A program made the translations under genes and the position numbers. A stretch of DNA of 23,306 nt from Alteromonas sp. (lineage in GTDB: Bacteria; Margulisbacteria; Marinamargulisbacteria; UBA6595). Position 1 is the stretch's first letter. The number at the start of each line of letters is the position of its first letter. Where the stretch lies: NCBI GenBank assembly GCA_964220215.1, contig CAXPTH010000013.1, positions 1-23,306 on the forward strand, written 5' to 3'. The notes under the pieces were generated by a model, which was given only the letters and a program-made list of their open reading frames with translations, did no database searches and was not told the origin of the DNA. This document shows positions 8,913 to 19,276 of this stretch, in pieces.

Positions 8913-9425
8913 ATGTCTAGCGTTAATAAAATTACCTTAATGGGAACCGTCACCGGGGATGTTGACATTAAGGTAAGTGATCAGGGGGTGAGTCGTGCAC
9001 GATTAACACTCTCTGTTCAGCGCGTTGCACGGCCGGGTGCGCCGGTTAGTTTTGATGAAATCCCCCTGCTCGCTTGGGGCGAAGTCGCTGAATCCATACA
9101 AAAAACGGCTTTTTCTGGAAGTCTTTTATTGGTTAAGGGCCGAATTTTAGTGAACAGTTTTGATGATCAACATGGAAATCGAAAATGGGTAACTGAAATT
9201 GATGTTCGGGACTTTCAAGTCTTGCAAAGCACAGCTGCCTCGCCACAAGCGTCTAGCCCAGAGAGCGTACCAACAGCCACACCCAACACAACCGAAACTC
9301 AAGCAGGCATTGCTGAGAGCGACTTTGATTTCTCACCCTTACCCGAAAAAAAAGAAACCGTTCCCGCCAGTCGGGATGCCGATACCACATTTTCAGAACA
9401 ATTGGGCGACGACGTTCCGTTTTAG
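8913..9425 (+). CDS. ssb: Single-stranded DNA-binding protein, divergent OB fold with acidic C-terminal tip
   Basis: SVNKITLMG, AWGEVAE, GSLLLVKGRI, GNRKWVTEI, then an S/P/T/A-rich linker and C-terminal GDDVPF. Confidence 0.9.
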   Translation: MSSVNKITLMGTVTGDVDIKVSDQGVSRARLTLSVQRVARPGAPVSFDEIPLLAWGEVAESIQKTAFSGSLLLVKGRILVNSFDDQHGNRKWVTEIDVRDFQVLQSTAASPQASSPESVPTATPNTTETQAGIAESDFDFSPLPEKKETVPASRDADTTFSEQLGDDVPF

Positions 9426-9436
9426 GGAGTTACACT

Positions 9437-9805
9437 ATGGATAATGCGTATTTAAATGATGTGTTTTTAATTGGCCGACTAACCCGAGACCCTGAGTTGC
9501 GGATGACAGCATCTGGAATTCCCGTAGTTCGGTTTAGTTTAGCCGTGAATCGAAACCGGCGCAATGCCGATGGAACATCCGATGCCGATTTCATCCGAGT
9601 GGTTTGTTGGAACCGATTGGCTGAGATCTGTGAAAAATACTTAAAAAAAGGCCGCCTAATTAGTATTGCCGGTCGTTTGCAAGTGGACAAATACGAGCAA
9701 AATGGCGAAGCCCGAACCAGTTTTGAGGTTGTTGCCGATGATATGCAAATGTTAGAGCGTTCAGCTGATGCTGTACAACAAGAATTTCAAGGAGAGCCCC
9801 AATGA
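9437..9805 (+). CDS. ssb: Second SSB-family protein, canonical OB fold without DDxPF tail
   Basis: LNDVFLIGRLTRDPELR, FSLAVNR, ADFIRVVCWNRLAE, YLKKGRLISIAGRLQ, EVVAD; ends QQEFQGEPQ. Confidence 0.93.
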   Translation: MDNAYLNDVFLIGRLTRDPELRMTASGIPVVRFSLAVNRNRRNADGTSDADFIRVVCWNRLAEICEKYLKKGRLISIAGRLQVDKYEQNGEARTSFEVVADDMQMLERSADAVQQEFQGEPQ

Positions 9806-10047
9806 AGCAAAAAACAATTTATCGATTTAACCGTGAAGGTGGTCGTGTAAAACCCGACACTATTTTCTCAGAGTCTGAAGCTGTGATTGATTATAAAGAT
9901 GAGCGTCTATTGGCTTTTTTGACCGATCGACTCAAAATTGTTCCTCGCCGGAACTCAGGAATATCCGCCAAGCAGCAACGACGGATTAAACGCGCCATCC
10001 GACGTGCGCGAAACAGTGGTTTGATTCGTTACTCAGCCAAAGTATAA
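9802..10047 (+). CDS. rpsR: 30S ribosomal protein S18 (cysteine-free form)
   Basis: IDYKD, KIVPRRNSG, QRRIKRAIRRARNSGLI; ATGA-coupled to the second ssb. Confidence 0.96.
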   Translation: MKQKTIYRFNREGGRVKPDTIFSESEAVIDYKDERLLAFLTDRLKIVPRRNSGISAKQQRRIKRAIRRARNSGLIRYSAKV

Positions 10048-10061
10048 ATTAGGAGGGTATC

Positions 10062-10520
10062 ATGGGAAAACAAGTATCGGTTATTTTAGTTGAAGACATT
10101 CCAGGTTTAGGCGCATTCGGAGACGAAAAAAAAGTCAAAGCCGGTTATGCAAATAATTTTTTAATTCCACAGGGATTGGTTGAGTTGGTTAATGCCAGCA
10201 ATACCAACTTAATTCAAGACATTCAAAAGAAAAAAGCCCGTTATGAAGCACAAAAGACTGACGAAGCAACCAGTCTAAAAAAACAATTGGATGGCCAATC
10301 CGTGGCAATTCCTGTTGCTGTCAATGACAACGGTGATTTATACGGCAGTGTTGGCGCAAAAGAATTGTGTGCCGCTATTCAGCGCGATTTAAACGTGAGT
10401 GTGAGCAAAGATCGCGTGTCTCGAACATTTCAAATTAATGCACTTGGCGATCACGAAACCACGATTGAGCTGTTTGGTGACGTTGCCGCAACACTAACCG
10501 TCTCTGTCACTCAGGCTTGA
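10062..10520 (+). CDS. rplI: 50S ribosomal protein L9
   Basis: VILVEDIPGLG, VKAGYANNFLIPQG, GDLYGSV; RBS AGGAGG upstream. Confidence 0.97.
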   Translation: MGKQVSVILVEDIPGLGAFGDEKKVKAGYANNFLIPQGLVELVNASNTNLIQDIQKKKARYEAQKTDEATSLKKQLDGQSVAIPVAVNDNGDLYGSVGAKELCAAIQRDLNVSVSKDRVSRTFQINALGDHETTIELFGDVAATLTVSVTQA

Positions 10521-12130
10521 TTCAGCCCGACTTTAGTCAGTTCCCCACCGATAGCGGTGTCTATCTGATGAAAGATAGCACCGACCATATTATCTATATT
10601 GGGAAAGCCAAACGCTTGCGTCAACGAATTCGGCATTATTTTTTGCCGTCTGTCAAAGACCCAAAAACCCGATTATTGCGTACCCGAATTGCGCACATTG
10701 AATTTATTGCCACGGCAACTGAAGCGGATGCCTTGGTATTGGAACGGCAGCTCATTCAAAAGCATCAGCCTGAATTTAATATTATTCTCAAAGACGATAA
10801 AAATTTTCCGGTGGTCCGAATTTCTAAACGCGAGCCCTTCCCGAAACTCGAGGTTGTTCGCAGTATGGGTGAGCGTGGCTACACCTACTTTGGCCCTTTT
10901 CCGTCTATGGGATCGATTCGACAGTTTATGAAACTGATTCACGCGCTATTTCCGGTACGCGATTGCCATCAGCGCATTGATGCCGTGTCCCAACAACCCA
11001 AATGCATTAAATTGGATATGGGCACCTGTTTGGGGCCCTGCATTCACAAAGACCCCGATGCGTATCGGGCTATGATTCAATCACTTAGTACATTTTTAAA
11101 CGGCAATCGAGCCCCTATGATTGCCCAGTTGCAACAGTCCATGCAAACGGCTGCCGATACCAAACACTATGAGAAAGCCGCCATTATCCGAGACCAATTG
11201 CGTCAAATTGAGCAACTGGATGCCAGCAATACCGTGCACATTACAGATAAAAAAGCCTACCATGTCTGGGGATTTTCAAACTCGGACTCTTTGCAGTATG
11301 CCATTGTTCAACACATTATTGATGGCAAATTGATCGCACAAAAAGGCTTTTATAAAACACCCCCGCTTGCCTGGGATCAATTTGTTCAACACACCCTCCT
11401 TCACTATTATGCAGAGTCCCCCACTGAGACATTATTAATATCGGAGCCTATTTATCAGTTACTCACCGAATTAAATTTATTTAATCGTCAGTTGGCATGC
11501 CCCAAACGGGGGGCTAAAAAAGTGATTGTGGATACCGCCAACCGCAATGCGTATTTATCAATGTTGGCCTTGGACTTCAAATCCGTTAAACGGGATGCCG
11601 ACAGCCACTCTATTTTAGACACACTACGAACCCGTTTATCACTTAGGCAAACACCCAATTTGATTTTTGGGTTCGATAGTTCTCACTTTCAGGGAACCGC
11701 CTATGTGGGATCTGCCGTATGCTTTTGGCATGGCCAACCCGATAAAAGCCGATACCGCCGATTTCAAATCAAAACGACACACGGCCACAGCAATGACCCC
11801 CAAAGTATTTATGAACTTGTCACCCGACGATTGCAATTGTGTTTAAAGCATCACGAGGCCTTGCCTGATCTGTGTTTAATTGATGGTGGTAAAGGACAGC
11901 TATCTGCTGCTAAAATGGCACTGTATGACAGTGGTTTACACCATCGTATTGATACTGTGGCTTTGGCCAAACGCGAGGAGATGGTATACAGCGATCACTA
12001 CCCCAATGGCATTCAGTTGGGTGCCAATGATCCGGGGCGATTTCTGTTGCAACACGTCCGGGACGAGTCCCATCGATTCGCCCGCGCCTACCAACGACTC
12101 AAGCGCAAGGACACGTGGTTCAATGATTAA
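10517..12130 (+). CDS. uvrC: Excinuclease ABC subunit C (no C-terminal HhH domain)
   Basis: GIY-YIG domain (GVYLM...IYIGKAK), Cys cluster, UVR motif (YEKAAIIRDQ), RNase H-like FDSSH, IDGGKGQ, RDESHRFA. TTG start overlaps the rplI stop. Confidence 0.96.
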   Translation: MIQPDFSQFPTDSGVYLMKDSTDHIIYIGKAKRLRQRIRHYFLPSVKDPKTRLLRTRIAHIEFIATATEADALVLERQLIQKHQPEFNIILKDDKNFPVVRISKREPFPKLEVVRSMGERGYTYFGPFPSMGSIRQFMKLIHALFPVRDCHQRIDAVSQQPKCIKLDMGTCLGPCIHKDPDAYRAMIQSLSTFLNGNRAPMIAQLQQSMQTAADTKHYEKAAIIRDQLRQIEQLDASNTVHITDKKAYHVWGFSNSDSLQYAIVQHIIDGKLIAQKGFYKTPPLAWDQFVQHTLLHYYAESPTETLLISEPIYQLLTELNLFNRQLACPKRGAKKVIVDTANRNAYLSMLALDFKSVKRDADSHSILDTLRTRLSLRQTPNLIFGFDSSHFQGTAYVGSAVCFWHGQPDKSRYRRFQIKTTHGHSNDPQSIYELVTRRLQLCLKHHEALPDLCLIDGGKGQLSAAKMALYDSGLHHRIDTVALAKREEMVYSDHYPNGIQLGANDPGRFLLQHVRDESHRFARAYQRLKRKDTWFND

Positions 12131-13214
12131 ATACATCGGTATAATGCTATGGATTGGCCTGGCGTGTTCAGGCACAACACCCAACGCGGTACAGGAATTG
12201 GAACAAGCCTATACCCGCAATGAACAACACATTGAAGAACAGCGTGAAAAACAATCCAAAGTGCTCAATGAATTACTCACAATTGATCGCAATTTAAAGG
12301 TGAAACAAACCGAACTCACTCGCTTAAATGCCAATCTAAAAGCCTATCAACATGAACAAATCAACATTCAACAACAGGTCGCCGATGCACACACCGAATT
12401 TCAAAACGTCCAACACCACTTTGAACGTCGTATTCGGGATATTTACAAATATCAAAATTTTGGATTTCTTGAAGTTTTGTTTTCATCGCATGATCTGTTG
12501 TCTTTTTTCGAAACCGCCATTTGGTTTGAAAAACTACTCACAGCCGATATTCGATTATTGGATAACATCCAAAAAAAACACCAAGCCTGGCTCAATTATC
12601 AACGCAAAATAGCACAACGCAAATCCCGCATTGAATCCATGCAATCCCAAGCCCAATCAACATTGCTAGACATTCAACAAACCAAAAAACAAAAAAATCA
12701 ACGCCTGCAAGCACTAAACCAAACCATTGAAGCCTTTGAAAAAGAAAATCAGGCCCTATTGGCCAGCTCCAGTGAATTGGCCACGCTGATTCGATCCCGT
12801 AAAAAAACAACCGTTATGGGGAGTATGCAATTTGTAAAGCCGGTACTGGGCTGGCTATCCTCCAGTTTTGGATACCGCACCCATCCCATATTCAAACGGC
12901 GCATTTTTCATGCTGGAATTGACTTTGCTGCCCCTTCTGGTCGAAAAATTATTGCCGCTGACCGGGGAACAGTCATCTTTTCTGGATGGTGGGGCGGTTA
13001 CGGCAAAGCGACGATTTTAGATCATGGCAACAACATCACCACCGTCTATGCCCACCAATCCCGAATTGTGGCTAAAAAAGGCCAGCAAGTTGAAAAAGGC
13101 CAGCTAATTGGTTATGTGGGATCCACCGGTTATTCAACGGGCCCCCATTTGCATTTTGAAGTCCGAAAAAACGGAACCCCCATTAATCCTTCCACCTATT
13201 TCAAAAAACTGTAA
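12123..13214 (+). CDS. M23 family metallopeptidase with long coiled coil (EnvC/murein hydrolase-like)
   Basis: Signal/TM N-terminus from ATG 12123, coiled coil, and intact M23 zinc motifs HAGID, YAH, STGPHLHFEVR. Confidence 0.93.
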   Translation: MIKYIGIMLWIGLACSGTTPNAVQELEQAYTRNEQHIEEQREKQSKVLNELLTIDRNLKVKQTELTRLNANLKAYQHEQINIQQQVADAHTEFQNVQHHFERRIRDIYKYQNFGFLEVLFSSHDLLSFFETAIWFEKLLTADIRLLDNIQKKHQAWLNYQRKIAQRKSRIESMQSQAQSTLLDIQQTKKQKNQRLQALNQTIEAFEKENQALLASSSELATLIRSRKKTTVMGSMQFVKPVLGWLSSSFGYRTHPIFKRRIFHAGIDFAAPSGRKIIAADRGTVIFSGWWGGYGKATILDHGNNITTVYAHQSRIVAKKGQQVEKGQLIGYVGSTGYSTGPHLHFEVRKNGTPINPSTYFKKL

Positions 13215-13218
13215 GCGC

Positions 13219-15807
13219 ATGCAACTCGTCAACTATACCCAGCAGCTTCAGCGCCTTATTGAAAAAGCCCAGGCAATCGCCGTGGCGAATCAGCATCAAC
13301 ACTGCGACGAACACCACCTATTGGCCAGTCTGCTACGGGATCCCATTGCACAAACGATACTCACTCAAGCTGGCGCTAAACTCCCCACGATTGAGGCAAC
13401 CAACCAAGCGGTATTGGATCAGTACCCCACCGCAGCCACGACCGAAAAAAAGATTACCCGCCAAGTTGTGGCTGTATTACTAGCCTGCGAACGCGTGAGT
13501 CAAGCCTACACGGATCGGTTTGTGTCTGTGGATAGCCTGCTGATTGCGATGGCCGAACATACGGAATCGCAAAGCCTTCAACACGTCTTTAAGCAATCCG
13601 GTTTATCTGCGAAAGCCATCCGAATCGCTCGCGATAACTACCGCAATGGCCGCGTCATTACCCATGCGACCGATGACACCGAACATCCCTTAAAGGATTA
13701 CAGCCGAAACCTAACCGATTTAGCGAAAGCCGGTCATCTGGACCCTGTGATTGGCCGAGATCTTGAAATTCGACGCCTCATGGAAGTGCTCGCCCGTCGA
13801 ACAAAAAACAATCCCGTTTTAATCGGAAAATCCGGGGTAGGAAAAACAGCCATTGTCGAAGGCCTCGCCCAACGGATTGCCGCTGAAGATGTGCCCGACA
13901 CCTTAAAACACAAACACATTATTGCCTTAGACTTGGGCGCTATTGTAGCGGGAACCCACTATCGCGGTGAATTTGAAAACCGATTCACCCAGATTATTCA
14001 AACCGTATCCAACCGAACCGATTGGATTGTGTTTGTGGATGAAGTGCACTTGCTCATCGGTACCGGCCGTAGCGATGGGGCCATGGATGCTGCCAATTTA
14101 CTCAAACCAGCGCTGGCAAACGGAACCTTGCATTGTATTGGCGCCACTACCCTCACCGAATACAAGCAGTATATTGAAAAAGACCCGGCACTAACCCGTC
14201 GATTCCAACCCGTCTATACCGAAGAGCCTAGCGTGGCGGACACCATTTCAATTTTGCGGGGCATTAAAGAACAATATGAGCGGCATCACGGCGTTAAAAT
14301 TAAAGATTCCGCGATTGTTGCCGCCGCCAATTTGTCCGACCGCTACATCACCCATCGCTGTTTACCCGATAAAGCGATTGATTTAATGGATGAAGCCGCC
14401 AGCCAACGAACGATTGAATTAAATAGTAAACCACGTGAGCTGGACAGTGTTGATCGAAAAATCATGCATATAAAAATCGAAATTGCCGCCTTAAAAAAAG
14501 AAACAGACTCGGATTCCAAGGCTCGACTCCACTCACTCGAAGCCACGTTAATTGAATTGGAAGCCAGCTCCCAACAGCTAACCGACGATTGGGCGGTTGA
14601 AAAACATCAATTGGATCGCATTCATGCCCTCAACGAAGCGGTTGATGCCGCTAAAAAAAATCTGGCCATTGCCCAACGCGCCGGCGACTTAGACTATGCC
14701 GCAACATTAAAATATGGCCATATTCCAACTATTGAACGCGAATTAACCGAACTAGAATCTGGTAGCGACCGCCGACGTGATACGATTGATGATTCCGATA
14801 TTGCCAGTGTCATTACCCGAAGCACCGGAATTCCCATTGACGCATTATTATCCAGCCAAAAAGACAAACTGGTCACCATGGAAACCAAACTGCGTGCGCG
14901 TGTTGTGGGTCAAGAAACCGCTATTTCAGCCATCAGTCATGCGTTGCGTCGCGCTCAAACCGGCATTGGGGATCACACCCGACCCATTGGATCGTTTTTG
15001 CTGGCTGGCCCCACGGGGGTGGGAAAAACCGAAGTCTGCCGGGCCTTATCCGAATTTATGTTTGATGATGAACGCGCCATGTTACGCATTGACATGAGTG
15101 AGTATACAGAACGGCACAGCATTGCGCGGTTAATTGGTGCGCCGCCTGGCTATATTGGCTATGAACAAGGCGGTTTACTCACCGATTCTGTACGGCAACG
15201 GCCCTACCAAGTGATCCTGTTTGATGAAGTTGAAAAAGCCCACCCCGATGTGCTCAACATTTTACTCCAATTACTCGATGACGGTCATGTAACGGATGCC
15301 AAAGGCGTCACCGTTAATTTTAAAAATACCATTGTTATGATTACCAGCAATCTAGGCACACCGTTGGTGCAAGAATCCGGCCCGGACCTTGAGCCACTAG
15401 AAACCCGCATGATGGCCTGTATTGAATCGTATTTTCGACCCGAGCTCATTAACCGGATTGATGAAATTATTTTATTTGAACCCCTGTCTGAAGTTGACAT
15501 GATTACTATTGTCAACATCCAACTGGCCCGATTGATCCATCGACTCCGTCATCAACATTTGGACTTAACCGTTTCTCAAAAAGCCAAAATTTATCTCAGC
15601 CAACATGGGTATAACCCCCAATATGGCGCACGCCCACTCAAACGGCTCATTCAACGAACCATTGAAAACCCACTGTCCATGCAGCTCCTCAATGGGGACG
15701 TTCAACCCGGCGATACGGTTGATGTCGATGCGACAGATACCGGCATTCAGATCGGTAAATTCAGCAGCCAACGTCTAGACAAATCCAATGAGTCACTCTA
15801 TAATTAA
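13219..15807 (+). CDS. clpB: ATP-dependent disaggregase ClpB
   Basis: Clp N-domain, LDPVIGRD, GxxGVGKT, FVDEVH, long coiled-coil M domain, [33 protein letters not shown]. Start ATG 13219. Confidence 0.97.
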   Translation: MQLVNYTQQLQRLIEKAQAIAVANQHQHCDEHHLLASLLRDPIAQTILTQAGAKLPTIEATNQAVLDQYPTAATTEKKITRQVVAVLLACERVSQAYTDRFVSVDSLLIAMAEHTESQSLQHVFKQSGLSAKAIRIARDNYRNGRVITHATDDTEHPLKDYSRNLTDLAKAGHLDPVIGRDLEIRRLMEVLARRTKNNPVLIGKSGVGKTAIVEGLAQRIAAEDVPDTLKHKHIIALDLGAIVAGTHYRGEFENRFTQIIQTVSNRTDWIVFVDEVHLLIGTGRSDGAMDAANLLKPALANGTLHCIGATTLTEYKQYIEKDPALTRRFQPVYTEEPSVADTISILRGIKEQYERHHGVKIKDSAIVAAANLSDRYITHRCLPDKAIDLMDEAASQRTIELNSKPRELDSVDRKIMHIKIEIAALKKETDSDSKARLHSLEATLIELEASSQQLTDDWAVEKHQLDRIHALNEAVDAAKKNLAIAQRAGDLDYAATLKYGHIPTIERELTELESGSDRRRDTIDDSDIASVITRSTGIPIDALLSSQKDKLVTMETKLRARVVGQETAISAISHALRRAQTGIGDHTRPIGSFLLAGPTGVGKTEVCRALSEFMFDDERAMLRIDMSEYTERHSIARLIGAPPGYIGYEQGGLLTDSVRQRPYQVILFDEVEKAHPDVLNILLQLLDDGHVTDAKGVTVNFKNTIVMITSNLGTPLVQESGPDLEPLETRMMACIESYFRPELINRIDEIILFEPLSEVDMITIVNIQLARLIHRLRHQHLDLTVSQKAKIYLSQHGYNPQYGARPLKRLIQRTIENPLSMQLLNGDVQPGDTVDVDATDTGIQIGKFSSQRLDKSNESLYN

Positions 15808-15861
15808 TCCTCTAAAGATGAGTATTTCTGATCACTATACCATGGGGGTTTCGTAGCACTT

Positions 15862-17157
15862 TTGGAACCCAGTCATACGTTATTCCTGCTGTTTGTTTTG
15901 ATGGTTTGCATTGTTTTGTCAGCCTTCTTTTCAAGTTCAGAAACCGCCATTACCGGTGTTGATAATATCAAGCTAAAAACCTTGGTGGATCAGGGCAATC
16001 GCCGAGCGTCACTGCTTAATGTGTTATTGGAAGACCCCAAATTGCTGATTACCGGCATTTTAATCGGCAACAATGTAGCGAATGTGGCCGCCTCCGCCAT
16101 TGCCACATCCCTATTCATATCGGGGCTATCCCAATTAGCCCTACCGGATTATTTGATTTTAGTCATTGCTACATTAGTGGTAACCTCGGTATTGCTCTTT
16201 TTTGGTGAAATCACACCCAAAAGTGTGGCTCTGAGAAACCCCACCCACTATGCCATGGTGATTGCCCCTGCGTTGCGATTGTCCTTAAAAATCATGACCC
16301 CCTTTATTGCCATCTTTGCGATGCTCAATCGAATGGTCTTTCGACTGTTGGGTGTACCTGCCAATCACGATACGCCCAAGATTTCACAAGCCGAAGTTGA
16401 AACAATTATGCGGTTAGCTGAAGAAGCGGGTGTTTTAGAACAAGATGAAACCGATATGATTCATTCTATATTTGGCTTTGGGGACACGGTTGCCCGTGAA
16501 ATCATGACCCCCCGAACCGATACCGTGTGCATAAAACTGGATGCGAGCGTTAAAGATGCGATTGAATTAATTATTAAACATGGCCATTCGCGTATTCCTG
16601 TATACGATAAAAAAATGGATAACGTTGTGGGTACCGTCTATGCCAAAGATTTATTAAAATGCAACAGACGCACCGCCCCTGTGGCCGATTATCAACGCGA
16701 TGCCTTGTTTATACCGGAAACAAAAGACATTGAATCGCTATTCCGAGAAATGCAGCAATCCAAATGCCACATTGCTATTGTGGTGAATGAGCATGGGGGC
16801 ATGGCGGGCATTATTACCTTGGAAGATATTATTGAAGAAATCTTTGGTGAAATCCAAGATGAATACGATTGTGACCATACCCCAGACGTATACGCGATTA
16901 GTCCCCATGTATATGCCGCCGATGCCAAAACAAGCATGAGTGTTTTAATTGAACAATTTGGATTGGATTTAGAGGAATCGGATGACTACGATACATTGGG
17001 CGGATTTGTCTTGCATGAGTTGGGCCATTTCCCAGCCATTGATGAATCCTTCGTCTTTCAGCATCTAAAAATTAAAGTCAAGGAAATGAATCAACGGCGT
17101 ATATTAAAATTAGAAGTTACCGAATTATCGGCACATGACCCCAACGCATCCAAGTAA
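15862..17157 (+). CDS. CNNM/DUF21-CBS-CorC hemolysin-family membrane protein (putative Mg2+/Co2+ transport)
   Basis: SAFFSSSETA, ILIGNNVAN, FGEITPK, IMTPR, HSRIPVY, TLEDIIEEIFGEIQDEYD, DTLGG. Confidence 0.95.
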   Translation: MEPSHTLFLLFVLMVCIVLSAFFSSSETAITGVDNIKLKTLVDQGNRRASLLNVLLEDPKLLITGILIGNNVANVAASAIATSLFISGLSQLALPDYLILVIATLVVTSVLLFFGEITPKSVALRNPTHYAMVIAPALRLSLKIMTPFIAIFAMLNRMVFRLLGVPANHDTPKISQAEVETIMRLAEEAGVLEQDETDMIHSIFGFGDTVAREIMTPRTDTVCIKLDASVKDAIELIIKHGHSRIPVYDKKMDNVVGTVYAKDLLKCNRRTAPVADYQRDALFIPETKDIESLFREMQQSKCHIAIVVNEHGGMAGIITLEDIIEEIFGEIQDEYDCDHTPDVYAISPHVYAADAKTSMSVLIEQFGLDLEESDDYDTLGGFVLHELGHFPAIDESFVFQHLKIKVKEMNQRRILKLEVTELSAHDPNASK

Positions 17158-19255
17158 TCAACAACTGGTTAAAAATAGAGCGGCATTCCAACACAATGCT
17201 CGCTTGCTTTGGCCGTATTGGGTTGAGCTTCAGCAGCAACTCTCCTGTCATATTGAATCCCATGTTCAGAATCTAGCGTTTCGATCTTGGACCGACGTAT
17301 CCCATCCCCATGGATCGGATCCCCTACGGATTGACCCAACCGGAATGCTATCGCCAGCCCCCCATACTTGGTCCATGCAGTATGGGCTGTATTATGCGGG
17401 TCGGCTGCATTGTCCCCGTATGGCGGATTCTGTTCAGGCCCATCAGGCCAACACCCATCAAACTTTGTGGCAATACGACGGCGTTACGCTCCGGCAATCG
17501 GTAGCCACCCTCCCCGAATTGAGCCCGGGCGCACCGTGTGGCGGCTCTGTCGTGAACATAACCGTTAAAAATGATCGCTCAAGCCCCGTTCACTTGGTTG
17601 TCATTTTATCCCCCATGCATCCCGATGGCCTGGGCAGTTTGAAATCCATTTGCTATTTAAGCACCAACACCGTCATGATCAACAATGCCCCGCAGCTCAT
17701 TTTGCATCAAAAGCCCGACGCGATTGCCTGCTTTAGCCAAGATGAACTTTCAGTGCCAACTGCTTTAGCCAACTGGAGCATGATTACCCAAACACACTGC
17801 TCACACGGGTTGGCCAGTGCCTGTTTTTCCTATTCGGTTGATACCGATCATCATATTGTGTATACCCTGCCTCAAGGGATCCGACCCGCCACGAAGCTAC
17901 CCCTTGCGGATATCCAAAGCCAGCGGTTTTCCGATGTTAAACACACGTTAAATCAAGTATGGTCGCCCGTCAAACAATCCACCTTAAGCATTCAAACCCC
18001 CGATAGTGCCCTGGATTACACACTATCCACTGGCATTCATTACTTACTCCAAGGCCATGTCAGCGCTAACCCGGCCCCCACACCCCTTGGCCGATGGATC
18101 CTGGGCCGCGTGTACACGCAATTGGGGACCCACACGCATACGGAATCGATCATTCATTCGGTCATGAAAACCAATTGGTGGTGGCACCCGTCACCGGATG
18201 CCGCTGCGATTGCGGTGGACCTGGCGCATCACACCGCAACGTATACTCAGGATACAGCGTGGGTTCAGAACCAATGGGCAAAATTAAATAAGCCCATCGC
18301 CCATTGGGTCAAACAATTGCACCATCATCCGCCCATTCCATACCCGTTATTAGCCTTAGAACCCAACCACCCCCACAACCGAACATCCACCCCCTTAATG
18401 AACCATGCTTGGCTGATTCATGCTGTGCGTACGTTGGGTAAATTATCCAACACACTCGGCTTAACCAATCACATGAATTACCCGGCTGTTGCCCGGATGC
18501 TGCAGACCTATTTGAAAGAAAGCATTGCCTTTATTTTTGACCGTCGGCCTGAAAATCCTTATCTAGCCTTAGATAGAACCCCCACGGTTCATGGCAGGCT
18601 GTTGGATGCCCTGTACAGCCTGGTTCCTTTGGATGTGTTTAGTGTTTACGACCCCTTGGTGACGGAAACCCTGGATATTATTGAGCAAACGTTTGGGCAT
18701 GACGGGCTGGTGATTAACACGGGCCCATACGATGGGTTTTCCGTCCGGCACAATGCGCAACTGGCTCACCTATATTTGGCCCGTGGGGATCACCAAAAAG
18801 CCAAGCGAATGATTCAGTGGTTCATTGAATCGGCCAATACCAGCGGGGCGTTTCCCACAACGGTGCATCCCAGCACACAAAAAGGTGCGGATGGACTTGG
18901 CCATGATCCGGTGGCAACGGCTGCTTGTTTGTCTGTCCTCATGAGCTTGATTGCCCATGCGGATGCCACCACGCTGAATTTGTTTTTTTATACCCCCGAC
19001 TGCATCTGGGAGGGGTCTCACTTTACAAACATTCATACACCGTTTGGCCAACTGAATTGCCAAATAATCCCTGGGATGGATACGCCCTACACGCTAAAAT
19101 TAACCCCTCAATTTCATACCCCGCCCAGTGAGATTGTCATTCAATTGCATCCAGCCATCCAGCGGGTCATGGCCGACACACCCCTCCCAATTTTAGACCA
19201 TCACCGTATCCGAATCCCGGCGACTACCCAGCATATTCAGTGTTATCGGTCTTAA
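17135..19255 (+). CDS. Hypothetical protein, probable six-hairpin glycosidase-like fold
   Basis: 706 aa: beta-rich N-part, helical core ending in AHLYLARGD...SGAFPTTVHP...GLGHD..ATAA, and a C-terminal IHTPFGQL beta segment typical of (alpha/alpha)6 glycoside hydrolases. Family assignment is inference. Confidence 0.55.
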   Translation: MTPTHPSNQQLVKNRAAFQHNARLLWPYWVELQQQLSCHIESHVQNLAFRSWTDVSHPHGSDPLRIDPTGMLSPAPHTWSMQYGLYYAGRLHCPRMADSVQAHQANTHQTLWQYDGVTLRQSVATLPELSPGAPCGGSVVNITVKNDRSSPVHLVVILSPMHPDGLGSLKSICYLSTNTVMINNAPQLILHQKPDAIACFSQDELSVPTALANWSMITQTHCSHGLASACFSYSVDTDHHIVYTLPQGIRPATKLPLADIQSQRFSDVKHTLNQVWSPVKQSTLSIQTPDSALDYTLSTGIHYLLQGHVSANPAPTPLGRWILGRVYTQLGTHTHTESIIHSVMKTNWWWHPSPDAAAIAVDLAHHTATYTQDTAWVQNQWAKLNKPIAHWVKQLHHHPPIPYPLLALEPNHPHNRTSTPLMNHAWLIHAVRTLGKLSNTLGLTNHMNYPAVARMLQTYLKESIAFIFDRRPENPYLALDRTPTVHGRLLDALYSLVPLDVFSVYDPLVTETLDIIEQTFGHDGLVINTGPYDGFSVRHNAQLAHLYLARGDHQKAKRMIQWFIESANTSGAFPTTVHPSTQKGADGLGHDPVATAACLSVLMSLIAHADATTLNLFFYTPDCIWEGSHFTNIHTPFGQLNCQIIPGMDTPYTLKLTPQFHTPPSEIVIQLHPAIQRVMADTPLPILDHHRIRIPATTQHIQCYRS

Positions 19256-19276
19256 TCGTCGTTAGGGAGCTTAATC

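Noticed and set aside
11880..12122. 81-aa N-terminal extension of the M23 ORF
   Set aside because: Overlaps the conserved uvrC 3' end; ATG 12123 gives a proper signal-like N-terminus.
13108..13218. 37-aa N-terminal extension of ClpB
   Set aside because: Overlaps the M23 catalytic motifs; ATG 13219 matches the usual ClpB start.
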